Positions 27,235 to 39,063 are shown, numbered from the stretch's first letter. The stretch is DNA of 64,000 bases from an uncultured Mycoplasmatota bacterium (GCA_947646095.1 CANSFI010000002.1:5132-69131); one strand, 5' to 3'. Notes: generated by a model from the letters alone, not told the origin. A program made the numbers and translations.

Positions 27235-29620
27235 GTAATTTTAAAAATAATTTAACAAATTTTCTTTCTAAACCAACATTTTTAAGTTTTCTAACTTCTA
27301 TTCTTTTCTTTTTAATAGGTAAATCACTAAATAAAATAGTGTCTAGTTTTTCTTTAAGTTCGGTTGTTATTTGTAAATCACTAATAATGGTTTCAATATC
27401 ATCATTTATAATTCTTACAGCATCTATTTCAATATCGTTACCTTTACAATTTAGTGTTAATTGTCCTACAGTTGGAATATCTTTAAATTCAACTATAAAA
27501 TCTGTTCCTGATACATATGATATAGGTTCTATTTTAGTATCATTAAAATAGGCTATAACATTTTCTGCTTGCTTAGTATTTCTAAATGTTATTTTATAAT
27601 TACGTTTTTCTGGAATTATTCCTTTTTTACCTTCTATTGCTCTAATAATTACTGTATAATTATTAGGTAAGTAATTATAGTCAATTGAGGTTATTAAATA
27701 GTCACCATTTTTATAATAGTCAGTTACTCCATCATCTTCATATAAATTATATGTATTACTTCTTCCCGGATATATTTGTATCTCTAAGTTTTTAGGTACA
27801 TTTGTATCATTTAATTTTTCATTATCTGCAAATGGAATAATAGAACCTGTTCTAGCAAATACAGGATAATCCTGATCTTTAAAAAACGAAACATAACTTC
27901 TACCACCTGGGAATTTTTTACCAGTTGTTATATCATACCAAATACCATCTGGTACAAAGAATTTATGGATAACTCTATTCATGATAAAATCTTTTGGTTT
28001 AACAATAGGTGCAACAAAGAGTTGACTTCCAAAATAATATTCACTTTTGTATATTGGATCATCATAAATATCTGGAAAGCGATAATAAATAGGTTCTATA
28101 ATTGGTTTACCTTCTTTATAATATTTATATGATTCTGTGTAAATATATGGTATTAAACGGTGTCGTAATTTTAAATAATCTTTAACTATACTATATGTTT
28201 TAACACCCCAACGCCAAGGTTCTCTTTTATAATATTTACCAGCATCTGAACCAAATTTTAATATTGGAGAAAATACACCTAATTGGACAAATCTAATATA
28301 AAGTTCGTTATCTTCAATACCTTTATAATATCCTCCAATATCATGACTCCAAAAACTAACTCCATTATTACTAGCATTCAAATTGTGAAGGACCATTAAT
28401 TTCAAAGTATCCCAACTAACTATGGTTTTACCAGAATAAAGTACTGGATATCTGTGACTAGCTATATTGCTATTATATCCAAAAATTATTGAACGTTTAT
28501 TATAATCACGTAACATATCACAGAAATGATAATGCTTTAATAAAAATAATTCTTTTAATTTACTTCTATCAAATTCGTCAATCCAATAAAAGTCTACCCC
28601 TAATACATCTAATGGATGAATTAATAGTTTTAAATAAACATCTACAAATTTAGGACTATAAATATTATAAGGAATTACTCCATCTTTATCTGGTTCTAAA
28701 TATTCTATTATATTTTTATATAATTCTTCTGTTGGATAAATTCCTTCTGTTGGGTTTATATTAAGACCCAATCTTATTCCTTTAGAATGAATATAGGAAA
28801 TTGTCTCGTTTGGAGAAGTAAACAATTCTTTATTAAAAGTAAAACCTGTACTTAACTCTTTTTTATTTTTAGTATTTTTTATATGCCAATCTTGATTTAA
28901 AAGAAGAACAGATATAGGTATTTCTTTTTTTTCAAATGTTTCTACTAAATTATGTATTTGTTTATTATCATAAGATTCATTTTTACTCCACCAGTTACCT
29001 AAAGCATATCTAGGAATGAGTGGTGGATATCCTGTTATTTTGAAATAATCTTTTAAACCATTATAAAAATCTTTACCATATATTAAAACATATATATCTA
29101 TTTCTTTATTTTGTCTATCTGTTACTTCACCTGTTGGAAGCATTATTTTACTTTCACTATCATCTATACTAGCAAACCCATCTAGTGAATATAAACTTTT
29201 TTGATATTTTGCTTTACCATCTTCGCTTAAATTAAAGGTAGGAGAACCAAAATTTCTGGCTTCTGGATGCTTATAATACCAATAACGATCTGAATTATTA
29301 ACAGATATTTTTAAATAACCTGTTGGATTAGCTTGTCCTCCATAGAATTTTTTTTCTTTAGTATAAGTAAGAGTAAAGTATTTAGTAGATATTTCTATAG
29401 AACGATTATTTTCTTTTACTTTAAATTCTGGTTTAGGTAGATTACGATACCAAACTAATTCAGTTGGTCGATCTTCAAATATACCATTTTCATTATATTC
29501 TAATCTAACAAGATGTTCAGTTAAAATTGTTATTCGATATTTACTTCCTTTAAAAATACATTCATTATTAGGTTTAGATGCTTCATAATCAAATTTAAAT
29601 TGATTTCCTAGGTTATACAT
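27212..29620 (-). CDS. glycoside hydrolase, probably family 31 (alpha-glucosidase/alpha-xylosidase-like)
   Basis: Size (802 aa), LGNWWSK and DFYWIDEFD motifs, GH31-like architecture. Confidence 0.55.
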   Translation of the reverse strand: MYNLGNQFKFDYEASKPNNECIFKGSKYRITILTEHLVRLEYNENGIFEDRPTELVWYRNLPKPEFKVKENNRSIEISTKYFTLTYTKEKKFYGGQANPTGYLKISVNNSDRYWYYKHPEARNFGSPTFNLSEDGKAKYQKSLYSLDGFASIDDSESKIMLPTGEVTDRQNKEIDIYVLIYGKDFYNGLKDYFKITGYPPLIPRYALGNWWSKNESYDNKQIHNLVETFEKKEIPISVLLLNQDWHIKNTKNKKELSTGFTFNKELFTSPNETISYIHSKGIRLGLNINPTEGIYPTEELYKNIIEYLEPDKDGVIPYNIYSPKFVDVYLKLLIHPLDVLGVDFYWIDEFDRSKLKELFLLKHYHFCDMLRDYNKRSIIFGYNSNIASHRYPVLYSGKTIVSWDTLKLMVLHNLNASNNGVSFWSHDIGGYYKGIEDNELYIRFVQLGVFSPILKFGSDAGKYYKREPWRWGVKTYSIVKDYLKLRHRLIPYIYTESYKYYKEGKPIIEPIYYRFPDIYDDPIYKSEYYFGSQLFVAPIVKPKDFIMNRVIHKFFVPDGIWYDITTGKKFPGGRSYVSFFKDQDYPVFARTGSIIPFADNEKLNDTNVPKNLEIQIYPGRSNTYNLYEDDGVTDYYKNGDYLITSIDYNYLPNNYTVIIRAIEGKKGIIPEKRNYKITFRNTKQAENVIAYFNDTKIEPISYVSGTDFIVEFKDIPTVGQLTLNCKGNDIEIDAVRIINDDIETIISDLQITTELKEKLDTILFSDLPIKKKRIEVRKLKNVGLERKFVKLFLKLLEYINQV

Positions 29621-29639
29621 AATATCACCCTTTATTCTT

Positions 29640-30866
29640 TTATATTTCTTCTATTTCCATAAAATTAGTATGCTTTACCTCTTTAAATGGATATCCTCCT
29701 GTAATAATAATTTTATCCCCTTTATTTACATCAATTAAATCAAGTGTTAATTTTCTAGCATGATCTATTATTTTATCAAATGCTTTTATATCATCTATTA
29801 AAATTGGACAAACTCCAAAATGTAACATTAGTGACTTAGCTGTATCAACATTAGGAGTTGTTGCAATAATAGGACACTTTGGTCTAAATCTACTTATTTT
29901 CCTACCTGTGTAACCACTTATAGTAGGTGTTATAATGGCTTTACAGTTTAATCTTGTTGCTGTTTCAGCAACATTATAAGCTAATATTCCTGTTACTTCT
30001 TGATCTTCTGTTTTTACTGCTTTATTTAATAAATCTAAATAGTCAATATCAAGTTCAGCTGCTTTGATAATTTTTTCCATTGTTTCTAATGTTTCAACAG
30101 GATATTTACCTATTGTTGTTTCTCCTGATAACATTACTGCATCTGCTCCATCTAGTACAGCATTAGCAACATCACTTACCTCTGCTCTTGTTGGTCTTAA
30201 AACATTTTCCATTGATGATAATAATTCAGTTGCGACTATACTAACTTTTCCTGATAAATGACATTTGTTTATAATAGCCTTTTGAATTCCTGGAACTCTT
30301 TCTAATGGAAGTTCAACTCCTAAATCTCCACGGGCTATCATTATTCCTTCACTTACTCTAATAATTTCATCGATATCATCTACTGCTCTTTCGTTTTCTA
30401 TTTTAGCAATTATACCAATATGATCATTACCATAATTTATTAATATATCATTTACTTCTAAAATATTTTCATAAGATTCTACAAAAGAAAGTGCTAAAAA
30501 ATCAACATTATTTTTACAAGCAAAATTGATATCTTTTCTATCTTTTTCTGATAAAAAAGGAAGATCTATATGAATTTTTGGAACATTTAATCCTTTATTA
30601 TCTTTTATAATTCCATCGTTTAATACTTGACATAATAAATAATTTGTACCTTTATCTAATACTTTTAATTCGATTAAACCATCATCTAGTTTTATTATTG
30701 TATCATATTTAACATCCCATAATAGATTTGGATAACTAACTGAAAATTTAGTATTATCACCCATTATTTCTTCCATATAAACTCTTATTTTTGAGTCTTT
30801 TTTTAGCATTGCTTGACCACCTATAAATTTACCAACTGTAATTTCTGGTCCTTTAGTATCTAACAT
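29640..30866 (-). CDS. pyk: pyruvate kinase, major C-terminal part (gene frameshifted near its 5' end)
   Basis: MLDTKGPEI...GDLGVE...MLSGETTIGKYP. The same reading frame extends up to about 30896 (KINSELNTTIAIMLD). Confidence 0.85.
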   Translation of the reverse strand: MLDTKGPEITVGKFIGGQAMLKKDSKIRVYMEEIMGDNTKFSVSYPNLLWDVKYDTIIKLDDGLIELKVLDKGTNYLLCQVLNDGIIKDNKGLNVPKIHIDLPFLSEKDRKDINFACKNNVDFLALSFVESYENILEVNDILINYGNDHIGIIAKIENERAVDDIDEIIRVSEGIMIARGDLGVELPLERVPGIQKAIINKCHLSGKVSIVATELLSSMENVLRPTRAEVSDVANAVLDGADAVMLSGETTIGKYPVETLETMEKIIKAAELDIDYLDLLNKAVKTEDQEVTGILAYNVAETATRLNCKAIITPTISGYTGRKISRFRPKCPIIATTPNVDTAKSLMLHFGVCPILIDDIKAFDKIIDHARKLTLDLIDVNKGDKIIITGGYPFKEVKHTNFMEIEEI

Positions 30867-30883
30867 GATAGCAATAGTGGTAT

Positions 30884-31054
30884 TTAATTCTGAATTAATT
30901 TTTTTATTTTACTTATTATATCTTCACAAAATTTATAATCACAATGTTTTAAATTAATACGAACTACATCTATACCACTTTGAACTAATCTTTTTAATGT
31001 TTGTATATCATTGCTAGAAGGTCCAATAGTGGCTATTATTTTAGTCTTATTCAT
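30884..31054 (-). CDS. pyk: pyruvate kinase N-terminal 56-aa fragment (separated from the rest by a frameshift in an A7/T7 run)
   Basis: MNKTKIIATIGPSSNDIQTLKRLVQSGIDVVRINLKHCDYKFCEDIISKIKKLIQN then stop. One extra A in the run at 30899-30905 would fuse it in frame to the main ORF. Confidence 0.7.
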   Translation of the reverse strand: MNKTKIIATIGPSSNDIQTLKRLVQSGIDVVRINLKHCDYKFCEDIISKIKKLIQN

Positions 31055-31154
31055 AGTATCACCTATTTTTAATTATATCAAAAAGATAATTATTTTTAAA
31101 GAAAAAATTCTTATAATTTAAAATTTTATAAGAATTTTACATATTGATTTATCA

Positions 31155-31722
31155 TTATTTTTTAGATACTTCTATTATTGGTCTAAAACCAATATTGATG
31201 ATACTACTAACTAGACCAGTATCTCCACTGCCACAAATACGGCCTTCATAATAGACAATGTGACTAGAGAAGGAATATCCAGAATACGCAGTTGTTAACC
31301 AACATGCCTCATGTTTTCTTTCTTCTGTTGATTCTGCTAAGTTTTCATATAAATATGATAGAACTTTTTTTGTTTTCCAATCAACTATATCTTCTATATC
31401 TGTTAACATTGGTAATTTTGCTCTTACATTTCTTCTTTTTATTGGTTCATACATTGCTTTTGATTCGCTTACACCTATTAAAACTTCTAGTTTTGATTGT
31501 TTATCATCTTCTAAGGTATAATTATCTTCATAAATATTATTATTCAAATCTACTAAAGCTACTTCATTTTTTATGATTTTTATATAGTTATATGTCGAAT
31601 CTTCAACTGCGGCTTTTCTAACTTTTACTATGATATTCATCATTACTGGCACTACAATTAAAGCTATGATTACTAGTATAATGATAACTGCTAATAGTTC
31701 TATTAAGGCAAAACATTTTCAT
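31155..31722 (-). pseudogene. pilin-like protein (family member P2) with 1-nt frameshift between its ATG and the prepilin-like frame
   Basis: ATGAAAATGTTTTGCC reads MKM. The +1 frame continues FALIELLAVIIILVIIALIVVPVMMNI, which is the tracked ORF 31155..31652. An indel in the A4 or T4 run at 31710-31720 would restore MK(M/C)FALIELL. Confidence 0.45.
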
Positions 31723-32149
31723 TCTCTAGCCCTTTCCATTTTTTATACTAATTTTATCACATATGAATAGATTAATGCAATTTTTAAGTAATCATATTTA
31801 CTATTTATTAGAATGAAATTTTAAATATTCCATTCCATATGCACTTGAACCCCTAAAATTGAAAAATTACTATTTTGAAGATTATTTCTTTACACCATTT
31901 ATTCATAATATCCATTAGAATTTACTAATTTGTTTATTTAATATGAATTTGCTTCATTATTATCATCCACTTTAATTATATATTGAATTAAATTAATACT
32001 TGTAATTATTATATAAATTTTTAGATTAAAAAAACTTCTAGATTTTCTAGAAATTTAATTTTTATAATAATTTATCTCTTTATCATCAAAAATATATTTT
32101 TTATTTGTTTATCTATTAGCATAGTTATACTATCAAAATTATAATATTT

Positions 32150-32422
32150 TTATTTTTTATTTACATCTAAAACCATAGCATATGTTAAATATATTCTCCA
32201 TATTTTAAGTTCATTTGGACTTTTTTTATCAATTATAGAAAAAGTTTCTAAAAATTTTTTAAAGCCAATTATTTCTTTTTTTATTTCATAACTTTTTAAG
32301 GTATAGATAATTGGATTTTTACCACCCATAAAATAAGAAAACAAACTAAAATAAATAAGGATAACCGTTATAACTATGTAAGAAATTGAAACAAATCTAG
32401 CTGCTGATGATATAAATACCAT
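32150..32422 (-). CDS. hypothetical small membrane protein
   Basis: ORF only. Confidence 0.25.
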   Translation of the reverse strand: MVFISSAARFVSISYIVITVILIYFSLFSYFMGGKNPIIYTLKSYEIKKEIIGFKKFLETFSIIDKKSPNELKIWRIYLTYAMVLDVNKK

Positions 32423-32680
32423 AAAAAACTATAAAACCAATCATAAAAAGTGGACACATAATCATTATTAAATTTGTTAATAAACTACTATTTCTACTTA
32501 TTTTAAGTTCTACGGAAATAAAGTAATTATTCTTCTTCTAACTCTTGTTCTACTATTCTAGACCATGAATATATACTAAAATTTGATTTGTCACTACTTT
32601 TTATACAATCACATATATGCTTTTCATCTTCATACAATTTGTCATAATCATTTATATTTTATAAGTGTCATATATTTGTT

Positions 32681-33136
32681 CTAATTCAATACAACTCTAT
32701 TTATTAAATTTAATATAGTATCAAATATATCCTTTTTACCTTCTATTTTTTTATTGTGTAACATTGAAATCATAGCTACTGGATAATTGCCATGTATTTT
32801 TCTTGTAAGCAACTGTCTTGTTTTTAAATAATAAGATACTTTAAAGAATAAATATATAAAAAATATTTGAATTAGTAATACTAATAATAACAGTAAAATA
32901 ATATCATCATAATATTTAGCAAATATACTAAATAAACCATCTTTATACACTAAAAGAAATATTCCTAATAAAGATAAAGGAAACCATATATGACTTCTTA
33001 ATCTTGTTTTCTTTAAGAATTTTGCAATTAAAATAATTATTATATATAATATTAAAACGCCTATTATATTACTTAATCCTAATATTCTTGTTGTATTTTC
33101 TATACTTTCTAGTACATTTTTTATTTCATTTAACAT
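32681..33136 (-). CDS. hypothetical membrane protein
   Basis: ORF with 3-4 hydrophobic segments. Confidence 0.35.
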   Translation of the reverse strand: MLNEIKNVLESIENTTRILGLSNIIGVLILYIIIILIAKFLKKTRLRSHIWFPLSLLGIFLLVYKDGLFSIFAKYYDDIILLLLLVLLIQIFFIYLFFKVSYYLKTRQLLTRKIHGNYPVAMISMLHNKKIEGKKDIFDTILNLINRVVLN

Positions 33137-33149
33137 ATAATAACCATCT

Positions 33150-33851
33150 TTATTTTTTTATTTCTTCTAAAACATAATTAGATAATTCTTCTCTAATTTC
33201 ATCTATTCTTTTTATTCTATCTTTATCCATACATTCAATTATATGAAAGTTAAATCTTTCAGCTATTTCAAAATATGCTATCTCTGCCATTTGCAAATGA
33301 TTTTGATTTCTTTCATGTTCATCTAAAAGATTTGACTGTCTATTTTTCTTTAATATAGTTGCTCCACTATAAGGCATGTGCAAAAAAACTCTTATATCAG
33401 GAATTGGAAGCTCTAAAAGTTCAAATTCTAACTTTTCTATCCAAGAATATAGTTTATCTCTTTGTTCTTCATTTTCTAATTTTCCACCTTGATGAGCCAT
33501 ATTTGAATAAGAATATCTATCTAAAACAACATTAATGCCATAATCTAATGCTTTAGTTATTTCTTTTAAATTATATTTTCTGTCAGCTGCATAATAAAGT
33601 GAAGCTACCTTAGCGTCTACATCAATAGCTCCTTCTAAAAACCAACTCTCACTAATATCTGGTTTTCCTAAATAAGGACCTCCAACTATTTTTCCAGTTG
33701 GACTATCATAGTTTGGAAATGAAAACTTAGTTACAGGAATATCATTATTTTCTAATATTTTCATAAGTAAATTAGTTTGAGTTTCTTTACCAGAGCAATC
33801 AGTTCCTTCAACTACAATTAATTTACCGCGCATATAATCACCTCTAATCAA
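33150..33851 (-). CDS. tmk: thymidylate kinase
   Basis: P-loop VEGTDCSGKETQ. DRY motif region. Confidence 0.85.
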   Translation of the reverse strand: MIRGDYMRGKLIVVEGTDCSGKETQTNLLMKILENNDIPVTKFSFPNYDSPTGKIVGGPYLGKPDISESWFLEGAIDVDAKVASLYYAADRKYNLKEITKALDYGINVVLDRYSYSNMAHQGGKLENEEQRDKLYSWIEKLEFELLELPIPDIRVFLHMPYSGATILKKNRQSNLLDEHERNQNHLQMAEIAYFEIAERFNFHIIECMDKDRIKRIDEIREELSNYVLEEIKK

Positions 33852-34422
33852 CTATTTCATTATTATTAAAATCTATATTAATAAATTTTTTACTAGCTAA
33901 AAAATCACACATATGAACAAATTTTTGATACCTATTTTGAGGAATTGGTAAAACTATTTTGCTATAAGGATTTGTATTCCACTGTCCCATATGAGATTCG
34001 ATTGCATTTGTAATAAAATCAATATCTTCATCATTTAAAGTTAATTTACTTTTATTATCTTTAATAAATTTAGATACAACTAATGGATGATCAAATACTG
34101 TATAGTTACTTTTTTCTAATCCATGTTTAAGACCATCATGCATAATAAGGGATATAATCATTAAATCTTTTTCTCTTTCATTAAATTTAGCACTTATAAC
34201 TTCATTTTCTAATAGTTCATGAGCTATTCTAACAGCTGCTTTTGTATGTCTAACTAAACCTCCATTTCCTAAAGCATATTTAGGATGATATTTACCTGTA
34301 GAACTAGCAGCCACTTCAAAAAAATAGTCTGGAAGTAATTCTATTAATATTTTTATATTTTCTTTATAATTATTATCTTTTATGTAATTAATTTCTATTT
34401 TAAATTGTTCACTTTTATTCAT
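33844..34422 (-). CDS. HD-domain phosphohydrolase-like protein
   Basis: H...HD motif (RHTKAAVRIAHELL...LIMHDGLKHG). Confidence 0.4.
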   Translation of the reverse strand: MNKSEQFKIEINYIKDNNYKENIKILIELLPDYFFEVAASSTGKYHPKYALGNGGLVRHTKAAVRIAHELLENEVISAKFNEREKDLMIISLIMHDGLKHGLEKSNYTVFDHPLVVSKFIKDNKSKLTLNDEDIDFITNAIESHMGQWNTNPYSKIVLPIPQNRYQKFVHMCDFLASKKFINIDFNNNEIVD

Positions 34423-35506
34423 AATTCACCTCTATAAATTCTATTAAAATATTATTAGAAGTATATATATATTCTTCTTTTATTTTAATAAAATTACCTT
34501 CTTTAACAAGTCTTCCTTGTTTAATTAATTTATTAACGATTTGATTATTATTTAAATCTAAATTATATTTGTTTTTAAATTCCTCTATATTTATACCATC
34601 TATTTTTCTAAAACCTAAAATAAAAGCATTCTCTATTTGCTGATTAAAAGTAATCTCTTCTTTTTCTTGTAACCAATTATTTTTTAAATATTTAGTTAAA
34701 TTTTTTGTATTAGTATATCTATTAATACCATCATAACCTACTGCATTAAGACCAAAACCATAATATAGATTATTATTCCAATAAGTTAAATTATGCTTTG
34801 ATTCATATCCAATTTTGGCAAAATTACTTATTTCATAATGATGATAATTAGATAATTTTACATTTATAAGTTTATACATTTCATAATCTAATTCATCTGA
34901 AATAGGTTCATATTTATCAATAAATAGTTTAGTATTTTCTTCTATTATCAAAGAATATGTTGATATATGAGGAATATCTAATTCTAGGAAGCAATCCAAA
35001 TCATATTCTAGATCTTCTAATGTTTCAAAAGGTATGGCATATATCAAATCGATGTTAATATTATCAAAACCATTTTGTTTTAAAAGTTCTATTTTTTCAA
35101 ATACCTCTTCTTTAGTATGATGACGATTTAAAAATTCAATATTTTTTTTTATAAAACTTTGTACACCAATACTAATTCTATTAACATTATTATTTTTTAA
35201 AATATTTATTTTATCTATATTTATATCTTCAATATTGCATTCAAATGTAAATTCAATATCAGAACTTTTTTTAAGTATATTTAAAATACTAAAAAGTTTT
35301 TTTAATTCATTATTATTTAAACAACTAGGAGTTCCTCCACCTATATAAATTGTATCTAGAACTTCTCCTTTATATTTATTTTTTATTTCTAATTCTAAAG
35401 AAGATAAATATTCATTTATCCATTTTTCATTAGCATAAACTTTACAAAAATCACAATAAGAACAAATGGTTTTACAAAAAGGAATATGAATATAGGCACT
35501 TTTCAT
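34415..35506 (-). CDS. hemW: radical SAM heme chaperone HemW / coproporphyrinogen III oxidase-like
   Basis: YIHIPFCKTICSYCDFCK (CxxxCxxC). Position after lepA is conserved. Confidence 0.85.
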   Translation of the reverse strand: MKSAYIHIPFCKTICSYCDFCKVYANEKWINEYLSSLELEIKNKYKGEVLDTIYIGGGTPSCLNNNELKKLFSILNILKKSSDIEFTFECNIEDINIDKINILKNNNVNRISIGVQSFIKKNIEFLNRHHTKEEVFEKIELLKQNGFDNINIDLIYAIPFETLEDLEYDLDCFLELDIPHISTYSLIIEENTKLFIDKYEPISDELDYEMYKLINVKLSNYHHYEISNFAKIGYESKHNLTYWNNNLYYGFGLNAVGYDGINRYTNTKNLTKYLKNNWLQEKEEITFNQQIENAFILGFRKIDGINIEEFKNKYNLDLNNNQIVNKLIKQGRLVKEGNFIKIKEEYIYTSNNILIEFIEVNYE

Positions 35507-35877
35507 TTTTTAATCCTATGATTATTATTTAATTTATCTTTAATTATTTTTACTATATCTTCCCTAGATTTACCTTTAGTATAAAAATATTTTACATAGT
35601 CATCTAACATTTGTTGATATGTTAGTTCTTCATCATTTACTGAAAACTTAAAGCTTCTAGGTACTGACATAGCTAAAGGATTAATTATATTAATAAGAAA
35701 TTCTCTTATTTGTTTTTTATATTCTTTTCGCTTAGTTTTATCTTCTACTTGTTCTATTTGTTTTAGTGTTAAATCAATCCAATCACAATTGTTAATTTTT
35801 TCTTTATTATTAACATTTTCATTATACATGACATCACAACCTAATAACAGTATATCAAACATTTGTTCTTTACACAA
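35503..35877 (-). CDS. hypothetical protein
   Basis: ORF only. Confidence 0.35.
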   Translation of the reverse strand: MCKEQMFDILLLGCDVMYNENVNNKEKINNCDWIDLTLKQIEQVEDKTKRKEYKKQIREFLINIINPLAMSVPRSFKFSVNDEELTYQQMLDDYVKYFYTKGKSREDIVKIIKDKLNNNHRIKK

Positions 35878-35908
35878 TAATTTTAATTTAAATTTTTAGA
35901 AAAACAAT

Positions 35909-36514
35909 TTATTTTTTTCTCCTATTTATTTCTACAACATTTGGATTGTTAAAACTTCTTGCTTCTAATTGAATTCTTATTTTTTCTTTTATATTATCAT
36001 CTAATAAATTATAGGATCCATTACAAGTTAAACAATCATAAACATAATCACGGGTAACAACTTCTCCATAAGGATTATTTCCATTATAAAAATTTACTAT
36101 ATCATTTAAGGACATATTAGGATTAGAAATAAATATATTGGAAAATACTAATATATGATTAATCTTTTTTTCTAATCTATGGTTATCTTTTGTTTTAAAT
36201 GTGCTGATAAACTTTCCTTTGTCGTCTTTAATTGGTTCATTATTTTTAAAAGAATTAATTCCACCTTTTTTTCTGGCATTAGATATATTGTTTTTTAATA
36301 GTTCTTGAATTTCTTCATATGTTTTTCTACCAAATATACTTATAATTAATGAATCATTTAAATATCTTTGAATACTAGATTTAGAAATACCTTTTAGTTC
36401 AGGAAGTTCAGATAACTCAAGCATAGTATAAGTTGGATTTTTTAAAAAACTCTTAACAACTAAACAGATTTTTTTATCTTTAGGCATATTACTGATATTA
36501 TCCATGGCATTCAT
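35909..36514 (-). CDS. hypothetical protein with N-terminal HTH-like segment
   Basis: ORF only. Overlaps lepA 3' end by 17 nt. Confidence 0.35.
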   Translation of the reverse strand: MNAMDNISNMPKDKKICLVVKSFLKNPTYTMLELSELPELKGISKSSIQRYLNDSLIISIFGRKTYEEIQELLKNNISNARKKGGINSFKNNEPIKDDKGKFISTFKTKDNHRLEKKINHILVFSNIFISNPNMSLNDIVNFYNGNNPYGEVVTRDYVYDCLTCNGSYNLLDDNIKEKIRIQLEARSFNNPNVVEINRRKK

Positions 36515-38333
36515 CCTCCATACTTAAAACTGATAAGAAGGCTTCTTGTGGTATTTCAACATTTCCTACCATTTTCATTCTTTTTTTACCTTCTTTTTGT
36601 TTTTCTAATAGTTTTCTTTTTCTTGAAACATCCCCACCATAACATTTAGCTAAAACATTTTTTCTAACTGCTTTTATAGTTTCTCTAGCAATTGCTTTTG
36701 TTCCAATACATGCTTGAATAGGTACTTCAAATTGTTGTCTTGGAATCAATTTTCTTAAATTTTCTACTATTACTTTACCACGATTATAGGCAAAATCTTT
36801 ATGAACTATAACACTTAAAGCATCTACTACTTCACCATTTAATAGAATATCCATTTTAACTAGATTAGAACTTTTATAACCAATTACTTCATAATCAAAT
36901 GAAGCATATCCCTTAGTAGTTGATTTTAGTTTATCGAAGAAATCATATACTATTTCTGATAAAGGTATTTCATAATGAATATTAACTCTTGTACTATCTA
37001 TATATTCCATTGAGATATAGTTTCCTCTTTTATTTTGACATAACTCCATAATAGGGCCTATATAAGTAGTCGGAACAAATATATTAGTTCTTATATAAGG
37101 TTCTTTTATATCAGCTATTTTTTGTCTATCAGGCATTTTTACAGGACTATCTATGTAAATGGTTGACTTATCTGTTAAAGTTACTTCATAGATAACAGAA
37201 GGAGATGTGGCAATTAAATCGATATTAAATTCTCTTTCAATTCTTTCTTCTATTATTTCCATATGTAAAAGTCCTAAAAATCCTGTTCTAAAACCAAATC
37301 CTAATGCTTTAGATGTTTCAGGTATAAATTCTAGGGAGGCATCATTTAATTTTAATTTTTCTAAAGCTTCTCTAAGTTCTGGATACTTAGATGATTCTAA
37401 AGGATATATTCCACAGAATACCATTGGTTTCATTGGTTTATACCCAGGTAATCTAGTATCAGCTGGTTTATTAGCATTTGTTATTGTATCTCCTACTTTA
37501 ACATCTTCTATATTTTTAATACTAGCACATATTATTCCAACTTCTCCTGTTAATAATTCTTGTTTTTTAATCTCTTTTGGATTATGAATAGCAAGTTCAA
37601 CTACATCATAACAAGCATCAGATTCCATCATTTTAATAGTATCACCTATTTTTAATTTACCATTTACTATTCTAACTAAAGCTACTATTCCACGATAAGG
37701 ATCATAATAACTATCAAAAATTAATGCTTGTAATTTATCATTTATGTTTCCTTTTGGAGAAGGTACTTTTTCAATTACAGTTTCTACTAATTCTTTAATT
37801 CCAATTCCATTTTTAGCACTTGTTAAAATAATTTCATCTTCACTAAAACCTAATGTATCAATTAATTCTTGCTTTATTTCATCAGGCCTAGCATTAGGTA
37901 AATCTATTTTATTGATGACTGGAATTATTGTTAAATTATTTTCTAAAGCTAAATAAAGATTGGCAAGTGTTTGAGCTTCAATTCCTTGTGCTGCATCTAC
38001 TACAAGAATAGCTCCTTCACAAGCAGCAAGCGATCTAGACACTTCGTATGTAAAATCAACATGGCCTGGAGTATCTATTAAGTGTAAAATATAGTCGTTA
38101 TTTTTATATTTATAAGTTAATTGAACAGAATTAAGTTTAATTGTTATTCCACGTTCTCTTTCTAATTCCATATTATCTAATAATTGGTCCTGCTTTTCTC
38201 TATCAGTAACAGCTCCAGTAAGTTCAAGTATTCGATCTGCCAAAGTACTTTTACCATGATCGATATGAGCAATTATTGAAAAATTTCTAATATTTTCTTG
38301 TTTCATATATCTCACCTGTTTTATATTATACAT
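36498..38333 (-). CDS. lepA: translation elongation factor 4
   Basis: GTPase motifs [21 protein letters not shown]. LepA C-terminal domain. Confidence 0.95.
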   Translation of the reverse strand: MYNIKQVRYMKQENIRNFSIIAHIDHGKSTLADRILELTGAVTDREKQDQLLDNMELERERGITIKLNSVQLTYKYKNNDYILHLIDTPGHVDFTYEVSRSLAACEGAILVVDAAQGIEAQTLANLYLALENNLTIIPVINKIDLPNARPDEIKQELIDTLGFSEDEIILTSAKNGIGIKELVETVIEKVPSPKGNINDKLQALIFDSYYDPYRGIVALVRIVNGKLKIGDTIKMMESDACYDVVELAIHNPKEIKKQELLTGEVGIICASIKNIEDVKVGDTITNANKPADTRLPGYKPMKPMVFCGIYPLESSKYPELREALEKLKLNDASLEFIPETSKALGFGFRTGFLGLLHMEIIEERIEREFNIDLIATSPSVIYEVTLTDKSTIYIDSPVKMPDRQKIADIKEPYIRTNIFVPTTYIGPIMELCQNKRGNYISMEYIDSTRVNIHYEIPLSEIVYDFFDKLKSTTKGYASFDYEVIGYKSSNLVKMDILLNGEVVDALSVIVHKDFAYNRGKVIVENLRKLIPRQQFEVPIQACIGTKAIARETIKAVRKNVLAKCYGGDVSRKRKLLEKQKEGKKRMKMVGNVEIPQEAFLSVLSMEDECHG

Positions 38334-38351
38334 TAAATATTAAATTTTTAA

Positions 38352-38377
38352 AAGAAAAAAACTGCTAAAGCAGTTTT
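38352..38377 (-). terminator. intrinsic terminator after pilin-like gene P3
   Basis: Minus strand has AAACTGCTTTAGCAGTTT followed by TTTTTT. Confidence 0.55.
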
Positions 38378-38399
38378 CTAGATTAATCGAATTTTAAAC

Positions 38400-38816
38400 T
38401 TATTCACCACAACTGATTGTATTTGAACCAGAACATTTGAATCCATTGATAACTAAATCTTCTTGAATTGTAGCTATACCACCAGCAGTAATTTTAAGAG
38501 TTCCTGAACTTGGTTTAGTACCTTTTAATTCAAATCCACTATTTGCTCCTAATTCAGTTGTTCCAATTTTAGCAACACCATTATCAAAAGTAATTAAAGT
38601 TTCAGTAAATGCTTCATCTGGATTATCTAATAATTGATTAGCATAATAAAGTTCTCCTGCTTTTAAAACAGAGTAAGCACTATCAACAGCCGCTGATTTT
38701 CTTGCTCTTGTAATTATATTCATAATTACAGGTACAGCAATAAGAGCAATGATAGCTAAGATAACGATTACAGCTAATAATTCGATTAAAGTAAAACCTT
38801 TTGTATTTTTTTTCAT
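38400..38816 (-). CDS. type IV pilin-like protein, short form (family member P3, 138 aa)
   Basis: MKKNTKGFTLIELLAVIVILAIIALIAVPVIMNI... Confidence 0.75.
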   Translation of the reverse strand: MKKNTKGFTLIELLAVIVILAIIALIAVPVIMNIITRARKSAAVDSAYSVLKAGELYYANQLLDNPDEAFTETLITFDNGVAKIGTTELGANSGFELKGTKPSSGTLKITAGGIATIQEDLVINGFKCSGSNTISCGE

Positions 38817-39063
38817 ATTTTATTCTCCTTCACTTCAAATAAATTTATGACTATTTGTCATATTTGATTTCAATATTTAACATATCTTTAGTATTGTATT
38901 ATAAAATAAAACTAAAAATTAAAATGAAATCATTACTCCTATCCTCTCCTCTATTTTACGTTATTAGTATAGCATAAATTTCTAAAAATAGTCAATAGTA
39001 TTTTTAGAAATAGAGTTGAATATTACTATTGTTTACATTTTTATTTATTTTATACTTAATGAA

